From: Octopus sinensis
Lineage: Eukaryota
Assembly (NCBI RefSeq): GCF_006345805.1
Contig: NC_043000.1
Span: forward strand, 89,218,001 to 89,282,000
Reading direction: 5' to 3'
DNA length: 64,000 nucleotides
Below the pieces are notes generated by a model, which saw only the letters and a list, made by a program, of their open reading frames with translations, searched no databases and was not told the origin of the DNA. This document shows, in pieces, positions 26,500 to 40,451 of the stretch. Position 1 is the first letter of the stretch; the number at the start of each line of letters is the position of its first letter. The position numbers were made by a program, and so were the translations under genes.

Positions 26500-27570
26500 T
26501 GAAAATTTCGGATCTAGAATTTAAGATCTGAGTTCTTTCAGCTACGAATAGCTTACATTTTGTTCCGTCAACATATGGTGTGGATTTTTTGACTACTTTC
26601 TACTTTATCGTATATGGTGTGGTGCTCGATTTCAAACCCCATACGTGACTAGCCAACTTTACATTTGCCCCTGTACCGGAAGGAAGATATGTGATTAGCA
26701 TACGACTTTTGAATTTGCCTTCACATAGTCCGATATAGCTCATATCTGTTGTTTTATAATCTAGCATTGTTGTAACTTATGCCTCATATATGATGAATTT
26801 AATCAGACATTTCTGAGTGTCGACAGTTACAACTGGGAGTAGGCCCTTGGAGTTGGTCTCGTGTAATGATACTCTTCATATAGAGGCAACAGTTATATGA
26901 TAATTTTACTGAGCGCTTGTTAGATATTTTTTGTACCTGTGATTTTCTGGATTTATCCTTTAGACTACTATTGGCGAGGGCATTGTTGCAATAGGGGGAA
27001 GCCTTCTTGGAAATTTCTTTAGAGGAAGAGAGTTTAGAAACTCTGTTACTAATGTTAGCTGTCAGGTTTTTAAATAATACAGGAGGCTAACAAGACTGTT
27101 TATATGGAAAAGTGTTTCGTTGGGCTTATGGCAAGGTCTATAAGAGGGGGAGTTCAGGCCTAGAGAATCATCTAAAAAAAAACAACTTTAGACAGATTAG
27201 TTGCGACTGTGATTTTAAGGTCTAATTGACTGAAGGTAAATGTAAGTTGCTTCCTAAATTTATCTAGCGTGTGACCATCACAGCCATGAGAAATACCAAA
27301 TCCGTCATTTCGATATAGACCAACGACATGAGATGCATACTTAGATCTGAACGTGCTTAATACAAAGAGACCCACTAGATCGCAGACGTCAGCACAATCG
27401 TACGACTCCATTGATACATCGAACAATTCATCACTATCCGACTTTTTTTTACCCATACTGAGCCCTTACTAAACAGTAGTGTTTTCCTCGCATGTCTGAT
27501 AAAGGCCAGGCCTATAGGATCTATATCAACATATGATTTAGCAAACTCGATGGTTTTATCGGCACATGAA
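26500..27570 (-). mobile_element. Penelope-like element, degenerate RT and GIY-YIG
   Basis: FDVSMESYDCADVCDLVGLF...VGLYRNDG (RT) and YIGLCEGKFK (GIY-YIG) in broken frames; same family as 34973-36200. Confidence 0.85.
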
Positions 27571-27626
27571 TCTAACAGAACATAAATGCATATGTGTTTA
27601 TTAAGTAATGTTTTTTTATCATATAT

Positions 27627-27664
<38 letters not shown>

Positions 27665-27792
27665 TGTGGGTGTGTGTGTAAGAGAGAGAGAGGGTAGCGA
27701 CAGACAGACAAATTTTAAGATTGGAGGTAAGATAAACATTTCCAGTGAGTTGTATGAAGATTTGAAACGTGAATTCATTGAAATTTACATAC

Positions 27793-27846
27793 CTGAATAA
27801 GCTACTGTTGTACCATCAGTTCGTATGGTCGGTCTTGTAACTCCGC
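27793..27846 (-). CDS. Small linker exon (Thr-rich)
   Basis: Acceptor tatcttacag, donor gtatgt; 54 nt, phase 1 to 1; completes the split Cys codon T|GC of the previous exon, then GVTRPTIRTDGTTVAYS. Confidence 0.8.
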
Positions 27847-28229
27847 CTGTAAGATATAGACAATAATAGAATATCAACCCTGCTCTTAACTGCCTCACGA
27901 AATTCTCGGATGCTACTTTCAATTAAACAAGAAGTAATAATGCTTTCCATTCTCGTATTTATAATCCAATTCAGATCAATTTATGTCTACTTAGGAGATT
28001 AAACTAAAGCTGGCTTGTCAGTTTTGCTATGTTGACTTATTATTTGCATGCCTTTTATTACATATTGCTAATCCAGGTATTTCTCGATGTCATAGACTAA
28101 CATGTAGCGTTGTCTCTTTCTTCAGATTTTCTTTCTGTGCTTCTATTAGCATTGTCTACTTAAAGTAGATTACATTTAAATGAGTCGAAAGGAAAGTCTA
28201 GCGTCATATTCAAGCACATCTTCCTCTCC

Positions 28230-28334
<105 letters not shown>

Positions 28335-28351
28335 GATATATATATATATAT

Positions 28352-28421
<70 letters not shown>

Positions 28422-30071
28422 CATGCACGCACGCATACGCACGCACACACGCATACGCACGCACACACGCGCATATATATTATATGTGCATATGGATATA
28501 TGTGTAAATATATAAATATATACAACATGGATATATGTTTATGAATAGGGTATATATATTTATATATTCATATATATATACGTAAAAACATGTTTTTATA
28601 TAACATAATGTGCGTGTGCGTCTGTAATTGAATATACATGGAAGTTATTGAGGACTGACTGAAATTAATTGCATTAATTCCAATGCATGTATCTTGGGAT
28701 TTAACTGACATGCTAGTGAACAGTTGACAAAATCGACTAATAAAACAATAATTTTACTGGGTCATATAATGGTCTGAGTTCGAATCCTTTTAAATTAGGT
28801 TTTAATAATCATATTAACGATTTCAGAAAAAACCCTGATCAGCTAATAAAACTCGTTATGCATAGTCATATGGGAACTGAGTAGCAACGAATTATCTAAC
28901 AGCCTAAAGGAAAGCATCGTGCCTAAGGTTAAGTTATACTCCGATACCAAATTCCTTGTAAGGTTCGGCATCTCCAGGATGTTGACAAACCAATTTTATA
29001 AAGGCCTGAGTCATCAATAAACATGGAGAAATATAGTTATCTAAGTATAGAAACCCATCAAATACATATTTCTTACCCTCGCAATTGAAATCTATAAGTA
29101 TGCCAATCTACTTCCGTTGCATACCTTGTACACCCACTTCAATTTACAGTAAATATTTAAACTACCCCCCCCCAATTAATTGCTCTATTCTACATTTAAA
29201 AAAAAAAAACCTTCAATGTACCCTTTTATTCTCAACTGAAACAGCCATACGCAATTTCCACCCCTAAGTGCGAACAATTCTTCTTTCCTTTGAATAAAGT
29301 AATAATCTTCAAATCTTTTAAATCTTTTTCGTCCTATTTGTAATTCTTTCAACAGCTTCTCACTATTATTCATGTTGTTACCTACAATATACCTTGTTTA
29401 TGAAGTATCAACTATAATATTTATTAGCCCAACAAAGTGACTGCTCTCAGTTATTTCTTACTGAGCATTTCTCTTTTGTTGATCTATTGTAAGCATTTAC
29501 ATGTTCATATATGTTTATCCCTTAACCTTTGCTCTTTTGTACGGATAATCTTTAAACTTTTATATCTTACTGTTATATCGCATAATTTATAGTCTTTCAT
29601 TTAAGAATTTTCTCTTTACTGACATTCAACTAGGATAGACTATCTTTCATTCAGTTTTAAATTCCATACCGGCTAATAAATTCCATATTGAACTAAAATA
29701 TGAGTGCCTTGTTTCTCTTATTTAAATACATGGAGTGAGATTTAAATATACACATTATATATATATATATCACTGTCACCGTGACTGACCAGGCTATCAG
29801 ATGTTGCCACACATCGCTGGTCACAGTGCGCTTCACATTGTTTTAGCCTTCAAATGACGAAACCTTGCTGGCTAAGCGAGCAGAAAGAGTGAAAGAAAGT
29901 TGTGGCGAAAGAGTACAGCAGAGATCGCCACCACCTCCTGCCGGAGGCTCGTGGAGCTTTAGGTGTTTTTACTCAATAAACACTCACAACGCCCGGTCTG
30001 GGAATCGAAACCGCGATCCTACGACAACGAACCCGCTGCCCTAACCACTGGGCCATTACGCCTCTAAATAC

Positions 30072-30214
<143 letters not shown>

Positions 30215-30255
30215 TAATATATATACATATATATATATATACATTATATATATAT

Positions 30256-30299
<44 letters not shown>

Positions 30300-30624
30300 C
30301 ATATACATACGTATATATACATATATATATATAATATATATATATATACATATGCATATATATACATATATATATGAAGGAAGGGCTTTCGTTTGCATGT
30401 AGGTAGGAGTTAGAATACGCTTATTTTAAACCAATTTAAAAATAACAATGGAACATTCACTGAGAGTCGACTTGAAGTTATTGTGAAGACCCAATTGTGT
30501 CTGAGGCCTCAAAATGTGCGTATGTGTGTGTGTGCGTGCGCGTATGTTTGTGCATAGGTGTGAGTATATGTACACGCATAGGAAAAATATGTTAAAAGGA
30601 AAAGAAACAAGAAATTCTACATAC

Positions 30625-30830
30625 AGACGCTACAGTAGTTGGCACAATTTTCCAATACCCAGTCTTGAAACGAAGGGTCCGAGCAAATGATTTTCCCGTA
30701 CTTAACGCAAGTTGCAATTTTGTCATTACATAGAGGTTGAAGTGGTTTACATTCAAGAGAGCTGCAGCAATGATCCTGTGTGCTGTTCACTTCTCTGCAG
30801 TTTGATGGGATGTCATAATAGCGCACGCAC
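30625..30830 (-). CDS. Exon: C-half of VWC-like module 3 fused to ShKT-like module 1
   Basis: Acceptor catttcacag, donor gtatgt; 206 nt, phase 2 to 1; CVRYYDIPSNCREVNSTQDHCCSSLECKPLQPL then CNDKIATCVKYGKIICSDPSFQDWVLENCANYCSV(C), a 6-Cys ShKT pattern ending WxxxNCxxxCxxC. Confidence 0.9.
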
Positions 30831-31550
30831 CTGTGAAATGATAAATATATTAAGTAAGAAAATTATCAGAATTATTTTCTAATGTCTCTATGAATTAGCC
30901 CTGGAAAAAGATGAAAGCGTATTGAGTTGCATTATTGATATCAAATGAAAAACTATTCGTTAGTGGTGCTTTAAAAAGATTTATATCAATGTTGAGTTAG
31001 CTCTTATGTCTGATAGGATATTTTTTCGCCCTTTTTAAGCCTAGCCAGATTCATAGGCCCGGTTTCCCGGTTTCTATGGCGTATGTGTTCACCCGCCAGC
31101 TGTACGGGACGCCAGTCCATCGCAGCGTTACTGAAGAAACAGGAAGAAAGTGTGAGAGAATGTTGTGGCGAAAGAGTACAACAGGGTAGCCACCATCCCT
31201 GCCGGAGCCTTGTGGAGCTTTAGGCGTTTTCGCTCAATAAATACACGCAACGCCCGGTCTGGGAATCGAAACCGCGATCCTCCGAACGCGAGTCCGCTGC
31301 CCTAACCACTGGGCCATAGGATTAGCGTTGTCAAATTAGTGGTAGAGTGGGAGATATTAGATTATTACTGCTGAATTAGTGGAAAAGTAGCTGAGGTTCA
31401 TGATGATGCCTGATATAGTGGCTAGAGCGTTGCATTCACAACATAGAGCTCGTGGTTTCGGTTCAAGAACCTTGCAGTACTTTGTGTGGCACATCAAGCA
31501 AACGTACAATTAATGTCGATTTGATGGAGAGACTGAGCACAAACATTTGT

Positions 31551-31753
31551 TGATATACCCTCAAGCCTTCATCAGGTGTCTTGGGGAAATTTCGAACCTG
31601 CGTTCTCCTTCCAAAGGTATTTTTTTATGTTGTTGTTGTTGTTGTTGTTATTATTATTATTATTATTATTCAGGTCACTGCGGGGAATCGAACTCGGAAT
31701 CTTGGGGTTAGCAGCCCACGCTCTTAACCACTACGCCATATGCTCATGGGCAT
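31551..31753 (-). mobile_element. tRNA-headed unit ending in a broken hammerhead (Penelope pLTR-related)
   Basis: A box TGGCGTAGTGG, GCT anticodon-like loop, B box GAGTTCGATTCC, (AAT)n(AAC)n, then CCCCAAGACAC-CTGATGA-AGGCTTGAGGGTATATCA; same unit as 36363-36460 and 37137-37281. Confidence 0.7.
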
Positions 31754-33014
31754 ATTTTAGTTTGTACTTTTCCTGGTGTATTATGTCATAGATTCAACTT
31801 TTCAAATGAACAAATAATTCGCTTAAAATAACTCTCTCCAGTTCTTGCAAGGTAGAGTTTGACTATCCTTATTTTAAATATATAATGAATCACGTGAAAT
31901 CATTTATTGCTTAAAAATCTCCTTTGTACTCTTAATGATACGGTTCATTTAAACAAGGCCAAAGTAGAAACAATGGTTCTATGGTCTAAGTTGTAACATG
32001 AGCGAGCTGACTAAACAGAATTTAGCTAAACAAAGATTCTACTCTAAGCAGTGCAAAGATGTACTATAATACATGGTTTATTTATGAATACGCTTGTTGG
32101 ACTGAACCAAGGAGTTCGGAATCTGGACCATATACAGTAATAAAGGTATATATATGTTTAAAAATGATGGGTGAGTCGTCCTACGCGAAGACCAGACTTT
32201 ATATTAAAAATGAATCAATTATTGATTTTGATTTTAGTTTCTTTCAGTTAACCTCAATCATTTATGACTGAGCTCTGATCTTTCTTTGAAAGAAATCACA
32301 ATACAAAATATATAAAATAAATAAAATTGCTGTTCGAATCGATACTAGTATGTCTAGGAAGTAATCTGTTTTATCGAAATAACAACAGCTGCTTCCAGTA
32401 GTAAATTTAGCGTCTTTTCGAATTCATTTGATATTTTCCTAATATTTTATAAAATAAAATCGTTTTCTGTTTAGCTGGTTATTTTCGCTGATTGTTTTGC
32501 TGAACTTCCGTTTATTATAAAGCAAATCATCTTTCAAATATTGGTTATCTCAATAGCCATAAGCACTGCGTAAAGAGTAACAATATCCCCAAAGAAATAT
32601 ATTACACGACTTCAATTAATCATATTATAGATACAAATAATCGATAGTATAACAAAAGTATGACATGTACCATTTATATAGGCTAATATCTCTCCCTCTT
32701 CCTCTCTCTCTCTTTCATCCTATTACCTATCCAATTCCACAACAGCATATATTACAAAAACTGAAATAAAATGTTAATTTACGACTTTACTAATGAAATT
32801 TGGTCACTATGTTAATACTGCAATTAGCCATAACACTTATAAATTAAATCATTTATGCAAAATATCGAATTTCAATTCAGTCACCTGATCTTAGTTTTAT
32901 GGGACATGGTAAATAAGTTGGCACAGAGCCACGAATATGTGGAACATATTGAAAAGTTAATCAACTATCATCAGGGAACTTATATTATCAATACTAAATG
33001 TAAGGCTATGTGTA

Positions 33015-34066
33015 CAGGGTGCGGGGAATAAATTGTCGTCTAAATTAAACAAAAATGAAAATAACATTGACATCTCATTTTAACAGATATATTCACCAAA
33101 ATTACATAGAAATATCTTAAAATACTAGAGAGTAAATTTATTCAATAAAATGGCCAATTCCTTCAACCACGGCCTCCAGACAAATTCGGAATCTCCTGCA
33201 ACTCTTTTGGACGGTCTCCTCATTTAAGTTGGTAAATGATGCCATAATCCTTGCCTTCAGTTCATCTTTGGTGTTACAAGCAGTTTTGTTGGTTTTGTTG
33301 GCCAGATGTTAGCGGTGATGTGATTGCACAAATTGTCTGGCAGCCATGGCTGGGTTGTCCTACTTGTGTGGCATGGGGCAGAGTCCTGTTGCCTGACATA
33401 GGTCTTCCAGTAGCCACCCTCTTAACCCAGGGCAAAACCTCCTCCATGCACTTGATGTAGGCTTCTGTGTTGAGTCCGAAGCTGTGTGGGAAGATGAATT
33501 GAGATGTAACGTCGCCGTCACTAGTGACCACTCCAAACATCGTGATGTTGACTGGATGTTTAATTTTTATTACTTTCAGTACATGTTCTGGGGACACTGC
33601 AAGCCAACGATTGTTCTGTGTGTTCAGCATCTGTTCAGCAGTAATTTTTCTCGTCTGAGAAAGATTAAAGTTTGTTCGGTTTGACGGGATGCTTGGGATT
33701 GTTCAAAAGCTTCGCAGCGCAGTCCTTCCTCTTGTTCTTGATGGCTAGGGATAAAGATTGGTCCTTTTTCATTTTGTATGATGAATACCAAATGTCTTCA
33801 TGCACTACTTGCCTGATGAGAAACTCAGACTCTCCCATGTCCCTAGCAATGGACTTGATTGACTTGGAGGAATCATTGTCAATAATGGCCTAGATCTCAC
33901 CAACAAATTCAGGTTTTCTTTTCGTATCAGAACGGTCAGAGTGAGTTTTCCAAGCTGCCGTACCTTCGTAATTACCATTAGACTAATCCAGCTCTTTCCG
34001 AACCCTCTGCACTGTGCTCAGAATGACATCCAAACCCTCTGAAATATTCGTACCCATCGCACCCTC
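33015..34066 (-). mobile_element. Tc1/mariner DD37D (maT-like) transposon relic
   Basis: TA-CAGGGTGCG left end and CGCACCCTC-TA right end; FLRRE/SDEK region, NTQNNRWLA, MFGVVTSDGDV, QQDSAPCH motifs in shifted frames. Confidence 0.85.
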
Positions 34067-34972
34067 TATATAAAATTCGATGATGTGAGAAATATTTCAT
34101 GTAAAAGAAAAGCAATCCAATATTGTAAAAAAGTATATTTTTGGAATCCAAACGTCATAGGTCAAAATTGTAATTTAGCAAATATGAGACGGATCATTCA
34201 AGCAGTTGGTGCCACATAGTTGAACAATTTAAATTTTATATGGCAAACTTCATGTGTTGAAAATAAATAAATAGTTAATCAAATTCAAACTGTTTAATTA
34301 TCAGATGTTTCAAATGAAGATCGGACTACATTATTACGTTTTAGGAGCTAATTTGATTACATAAAATCATTAATTATCACTGACTATGTAATATAACTAA
34401 AATTATATTAATTCGCAATAAACTCAGTTTAACAGTTAAATCATTATGAGAAATTCATACGACGAAGCAAATTCGACGTTGTACATCATTATGTATTTTG
34501 TTAAATGCATTAATCAATAATTAATTCTTTATATATTATTGGCTTCAAATTTTAGCACAAGACCATCAATTTCGGGGGAAGGGGCTCTGTCGATTATATT
34601 GACCCCAGTATCAACTGGTACTTATATTATCGACCTCAAAAGGATGAAACGTAAAGTCGGCGAAATGCCGCTAGCATTTTCCCCGGCATGTTAACGATTC
34701 TGCCTGCTCGCCACCGTAATTTGTTATGTATATATATTTAATCACTTGTTAATTCGCGATAAAGTTATGAATTACTAAATAAAATCGAAATATTTCTTAT
34801 AATAATACTACCTCCAGCTATCTGTAACAGCTCTCCGCTACGGCAAAGTGTCTTGTTAAGACTGATTTCTGTTAAGGCATGCATACGTTTTTAATGTTAA
34901 CAACTCAATGTCAGAAATGAACAGCACATTCATTTATAAAACACTGCTAAGAAAAAAGGGCAACTTATTTTA

Positions 34973-36200
34973 TCAAGAAATGTATGGCAACCTAGAGAAG
35001 CTAATAAACATTATGACATGGAATGAGACACTCTTGTTAATGTAAAATGACACATTGGAAAAATGTTGTAAGATTAATCTTACATCATTGGTCAAGTGGA
35101 CAGGATCTTGGGTAGCGACAGTTGCAGCTGGATCCAGGTTCTTGGTGTTGAACATGTGTAATGACACTCTTCATATTTGGGTAGCAGCTATATGATAATT
35201 TCACAGAAGGACTATTGTATATTTTCCTGTATCTGTGAGTAGCTAGAAAGTGTTTGTCTAGGAGTGACAAGAGTCTTTTACCAATGTTAGTTTTTACATT
35301 AACGGTAAAGGGAAGGGCGAACCAAATAATTTTCCTTTGCCTATTTTTTGGTTTCTTATTATCCTGATTAATACTAAAGTGGTTAGATACTACTTAATCT
35401 TTCATGCCACTAGATCTATTATTAATATTTTGATTAATAGAGGGATTATATATCAATTTATCTTTGAAGCCACTAATAGCTAGGGCTTTGTTATAGTAGG
35501 GGGCAGCTTTGTCGAAAATTTCTTTCGAAGAAGAAAGGTTGGATATTCTGTTACTAATATTCGCTATCAGATATTTAAATACTACAGGAGGGTGACAAAA
35601 CTGTTTATGTATATATGTGAGCTTCTCATTAGGCTCATGGAAAGCTTTATACGAGGAGGAGTTTAAATCTAGGGAAACATCTAAATAATCAACTATACAG
35701 AGATTAGTAGTTACTGCGGTTTTAAGTCCTAACTGATTAAAGTTTGAAGGTAGTTTTTTCCTAAATCTATCAAGGGTGTGACCATTACACCCATAGGAAA
35801 TACCTAAACCGTCGTCACGGTATAGGCCAATGTCAGGATCTGGGTATCTATATCTGAATGTGTTTAATATAAATAAACCCACAAGATCATAGATATCAGC
35901 ACTACCATGTGACCCCATAGATATATCAAATAGTTCATCACTATGCAACCTTTTTATACCCATGCCAATCCTTTAGTGAACAAGGGTTCTTGTCTTCGCA
36001 TGCCTTATAAAATCTAGATCAATGGAGTCAATTTCAACATAGGAATTAGCAAAGTCAATAACCTTATCATGCAGTGATCGAGATAAGAGGGATAAATGTC
36101 TATTATATCAAACTGGGTAAATTTAGCCTTATTCTTATTCGTGTTATTCTTAAACTAATCTTTTACAGTATTATCAACCACACATACTCAGCATATGCAC
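34973..36200 (-). mobile_element. Penelope-like element reverse transcriptase relic
   Basis: ORF 35394..35963: FDISMGSHGSADIYDLVGLF, IGLYRDDGL, VDYLDVSLDL, YIHKQFCHPP; upstream QFDI.DIYPS; downstream IIWFALPF, VKLSYSCYPNM. Confidence 0.9.
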
Positions 36201-36323
36201 TTGGCTTGTCCGCCGGTAAACTGCAGCGTATCGTTGAACAAGCAAAAAAGTCGATAATCTATTATATATGTATGTGTATAAGTATATATATACATCATAT
36301 ATATAACATATATATATATATAC

Positions 36324-36354
<31 letters not shown>

Positions 36355-36362
36355 ATATATAT

Positions 36363-37360
36363 AACGTTTCGGCTGATATACTCTCCAGCATTCATCAGGT
36401 GTCTTGGGGAGGTTTAGAAGGCTGCGCCCTTAACCACTACGCTATATGCCCGTGGGCAGTTATCAAGTGAATTTTAGGGCATATAAATCTAATATTTTCC
36501 TATCCTTCGTTAATACCGGTTCCCATATGCTACTTATATCTGCACTTGGTATTCAAGAGCAATACAACACTTCGGAAATATCTCCTTCGAGTAAAACCAC
36601 CCATAGAAGAGATTACTTATTTCTTTACTACCCATAAGGGGCTAAACACAGAGAGGACAAACAAGGACAGACAAACGGATTAAGTCGATTATATCGGCCC
36701 CAGTGCGTAACTGGTACTTAATTTATCGATCCCGAAAGGATGAAAGACAAAGTCGACCATAGAACAGAATATGACCAAAGACTGCGTGTACTTCAACCCA
36801 TGCAGCTGTGGTAGGTTATACAAAGGCGAAACATGCCGCCCCCTCAAAATGAGGGTAGATAAACATCGCAAAGCTGTGATACGAGGAGATATTGATAAAT
36901 CGGATATAGCTGATTATGTATGGAAAAATGGAGACCACCTTCCCCTTTGGGATGAAGTTGATATAATAGACAGAGAACACCACTGGAGAATACGAAAGCT
37001 AAAAGAAGCAGCACGTATGTTAGGACACAGCAACCTCCTAAGCATTCCGAGTGTAAATATGAATAGCATATGGGAAACGGTATTAAGGAAGGGTAGGCAA
37101 ATATTAGATTTATAAGCCCTAAAATCCACTCCATAATGCCCATGGGCATATGGCGTGGTGGTTAAGAGCGCGGGTTACTAACCCCAAGATTCTGAGTTCC
37201 TTAGAAATGAGAACCCAGGTTCGAAATTTCCCCAAGACATCTGATGAAGGCTGGAAGGTATATCAGCCGAAACGTCGTGTTAACAACAAACAAGATGAGG
37301 ACAAATATCGGTCACATGTAAATAATGTACATAATTCCTCATCCATTAAATATAGAACTA
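36363..37360. mobile_element. Penelope-like element: inverted partial pLTR (minus, 36363-36560), GIY-YIG end and pLTR (plus, 36759-37360), with SINE A fragment at 36615-36758
   Basis: ORF 36771..37115 CVY..PCSCGRLYKGETCRPLKMRVDKH...RKLKEA (GIY-YIG); the sequence after it recurs inverted at 36363-36560; flanked by (TA)n. Confidence 0.85.
37236..37281 (+). ncRNA. Minimal type I hammerhead ribozyme motif
   Basis: GACAT-CTGATGA-A-GGCTG(gaaggtatat)CAGCC-GAAA-CGTC-GTGTT; stem III reduced to the palindrome ACGT, cleavage triplet GTC. Confidence 0.7.
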
Positions 37361-38003
37361 TATATAAAAATATATAATCCTTTTTAATATTTCAATTAAT
37401 CTTCCTTATTTCGTTTCATAATGAAGCCTCATTTAAAAATTTGTACTTCCAATTAGATATTTGATCGCTTAACAATTTCACTAAAATTTTCCTAAATGAT
37501 TTAGCTTCAGTATCATTTATTATTCTATCTGTTAGATCACCATCTATTTCGTTGAAGAGCTTATTTAATTTATCGTGAGGCTAGTAGCCTATAATGTCAA
37601 TTATATTTATTATTTTATGCGAATTTAGATTATTTAAAATTTTTCAGACTATATTAATGTTCTTTCTTGATAATCTAATATCTATTATCATTAGGAAGGC
37701 ATTAGCGTCTATTGAATATTCGTCTATATCTTCGAATACATATATATGTGTGTTTAATGCTATTAATGTTTCTTGGGCTTCACGAGGAATTATAAATACA
37801 GTATTTACAATTTATATATCTATCTTTAAAATGCCATAAGGCATTTTCTTGTAACATTCTGTTATTGAAGAATTAAGTGCATATTCTGTCTACTTAATTT
37901 GAATTTTATTCATTCGTTTAGTAATTATATATGCGTCAGTATTATACTGCTGCAGACGAATGTTCCACCTATAAGTATCAGCGTATTTTACACCACACAC
38001 ACA

Positions 38004-38059
<56 letters not shown>

Positions 38060-38398
38060 ACACATTTATATATACACTTATACACACACATTTATACACA
38101 CACTTATATACACATCACACGAGGTGGCCGAGTGGTTAATGCGGCGGACTGTTAATTATTTCGAGTTCCATCGTATGCTTTCTAATCCCACCCACGTCAA
38201 CTTAACATTTATAGGCGCAAGCATAGCTGTGGGTAAGGAGTTCGCTTTGCAACGACGTGGTTTCAGGTTCAACCTAATGCCTTGAGCAAGTGTCTTCTAC
38301 TACAGTCCTGCACCTACCGAAGTGAACTGGATAAATGGAATCTGCGTGCAAGCCCGTCATACATACACACGCGCAGAGACACACAGACACATATATAG

Positions 38399-38469
<71 letters not shown>

Positions 38470-38533
38470 ATATATATATGGGTATATATATATATGTGTG
38501 TGTATATATATATATATTATATATATATATATA

Positions 38534-38591
<58 letters not shown>

Positions 38592-38602
38592 ACACACATA
38601 TA

Positions 38603-38837
38603 TCGTTGCTATTATGTTAAACTGTCGTATGTCCAAAATCTGCTCAAATGCGTCTTTATTTCAATATTTATCTTTGCTTGCAATACCCGGTTCTTTGGAT
38701 CAAACTATCGTATCTCCAGCTGCTGCTTCAGGTGCCAAGATATCAAAAATTGTCAGTGTAGTGCCACGGTTTTGCTATGGAATGGTGCTGAAAAAGAAGC
38801 GTTCCGGACTTACGACACTTTTGCATAATAGCAACGA
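38603..38837. mobile_element. MITE with ~32-bp TIRs and TA flanks
   Basis: TCGTTGCTATTATGTTAAACTGTCGTATGTCC vs reverse complement of right end TCGTTGCTATTATGCAAAAGTGTCGTAAGTCC. Confidence 0.85.
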
Positions 38838-38881
38838 TATACATAAATATACATACATACATACATACATACATACATACA

Positions 38882-38972
<91 letters not shown>

Positions 38973-38994
38973 ATATATATATATATATATATGT

Positions 38995-39429
38995 ATTTAA
39001 AGAAGCATTTCATCTGATCAAATTCATCCAATGGTTGCGGAACTATTTCGGAGGGAAGCACAATCTTCTAGGATGATAATGCACCAATTCACCCAGCTAA
39101 AGTTGTTACTGAATGGCACAAGGAACATTGTAGTGAATTTGAACATATTATCTGGTCAAAACAGTCCCCAAATATCAATAATATTGAACATTTATGGTGC
39201 ATTTTAGAAAAAAAGTTAGAAGTCGATATCCTCCACCATCATCACTAGAAGAACTGTAGACTGTTTTAGCTGAAGAATGGACAAATATTCCTTTGGAAAG
39301 AATTCAAACTTTGAACGAGTCCATAGCTCGTAGAATTCAAACCGTAATTACTGCCATATGGTCCTACGCCATATTAAAATAAATTTGTTTGTAATTTTAA
39401 GATATTTCAAGTATTTTGTCCAAGTCCTG
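38995..39429 (+). mobile_element. Tc1-like transposon 3' fragment (36 residues between D and E)
   Basis: IF*DDNAPIHPAKVVTEWHKEHCSEFEHIIWSKQSPNINNIEHLW...PPPSSLEEL...EEW.NIP...RRIQ.VI...GPTPY*; ends ttttgtccaagtcctg-TA. Confidence 0.85.
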
Positions 39430-40346
39430 TATGTAGTATATAAGGAATTATTTTCCATATTTTTTTTATTATGTACGCAAGAATATTGAAATTTATTGAA
39501 GATCTGAGGTGTATTAATTGCCCATTGAGAGAACTGAGATTATTACACTACATAAATAACAATGCTATTAAGAAGTTCATTTCGCAATAACGTAGTTCTA
39601 AGTTCGGTCGTACAATATGGTATCAAAACTGTAAGTCGACCGAAGTCATGTAAATGAAATTATGTTAACCAAAACTATGTGGAAGCCTGCTGACAGGAAT
39701 GTATTTATTGTGGTGTAACAAATTTAATCTATTGCCCAGTTTAACACCACCGCTTGAAATTTAGTTCTTCTAATGCTGTAGCAAACCCACTATTACTACT
39801 GCTACTGCTGAGAGAGAGCCTCTGCGTGGCGAATGTCTTAAAAAGGAAAGGCACGTTGGAAAATATCTTAAATATATAAAAATATATAAAAGGATGGACG
39901 AAATCGTCAAGAGGAGTGTCTATGAATTCTAAATTTGTTCGACTAGTGTTGAATAGGAACTAAATGTCAACAGTAGGAACCCATTTTAGTAAGAGTCAAT
40001 GATCGTGCGTCAATGACCATTTGACCTATTAGAAATAATAGCCAAAAATCCTCTTCAAATCATATATTTCAAATTATACACACGCACACATACAGTGAGG
40101 GAGAAAGAATGGTACAGACAGACGAGGAGCTGGGGGAGGAGGTAAATGACGTAGATGTTATGGGAGGAATTATACAAATGATAAATTTGTATAAATTACT
40201 TTCATTTTGTATAAGCACCAAGAAATTAGATAAAAGGTAAATTATAGTTATTACATGTAAGCTATAATTTCTGATATTACTTATGATGGTAAAATTAGAC
40301 TTCCAAACTTAACCATCATATGACACTTTATTATGTGTATATATAT

Positions 40347-40407
<61 letters not shown>

Positions 40408-40412
40408 ATATG

Positions 40413-40451
<39 letters not shown>

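Noticed and set aside
28900-29720. AT-rich stretch resembling a decayed LINE RT (also 37380-37930)
   Set aside because: Only a weak FKYL-like hint; no diagnostic motif could be read, so left uncalled.
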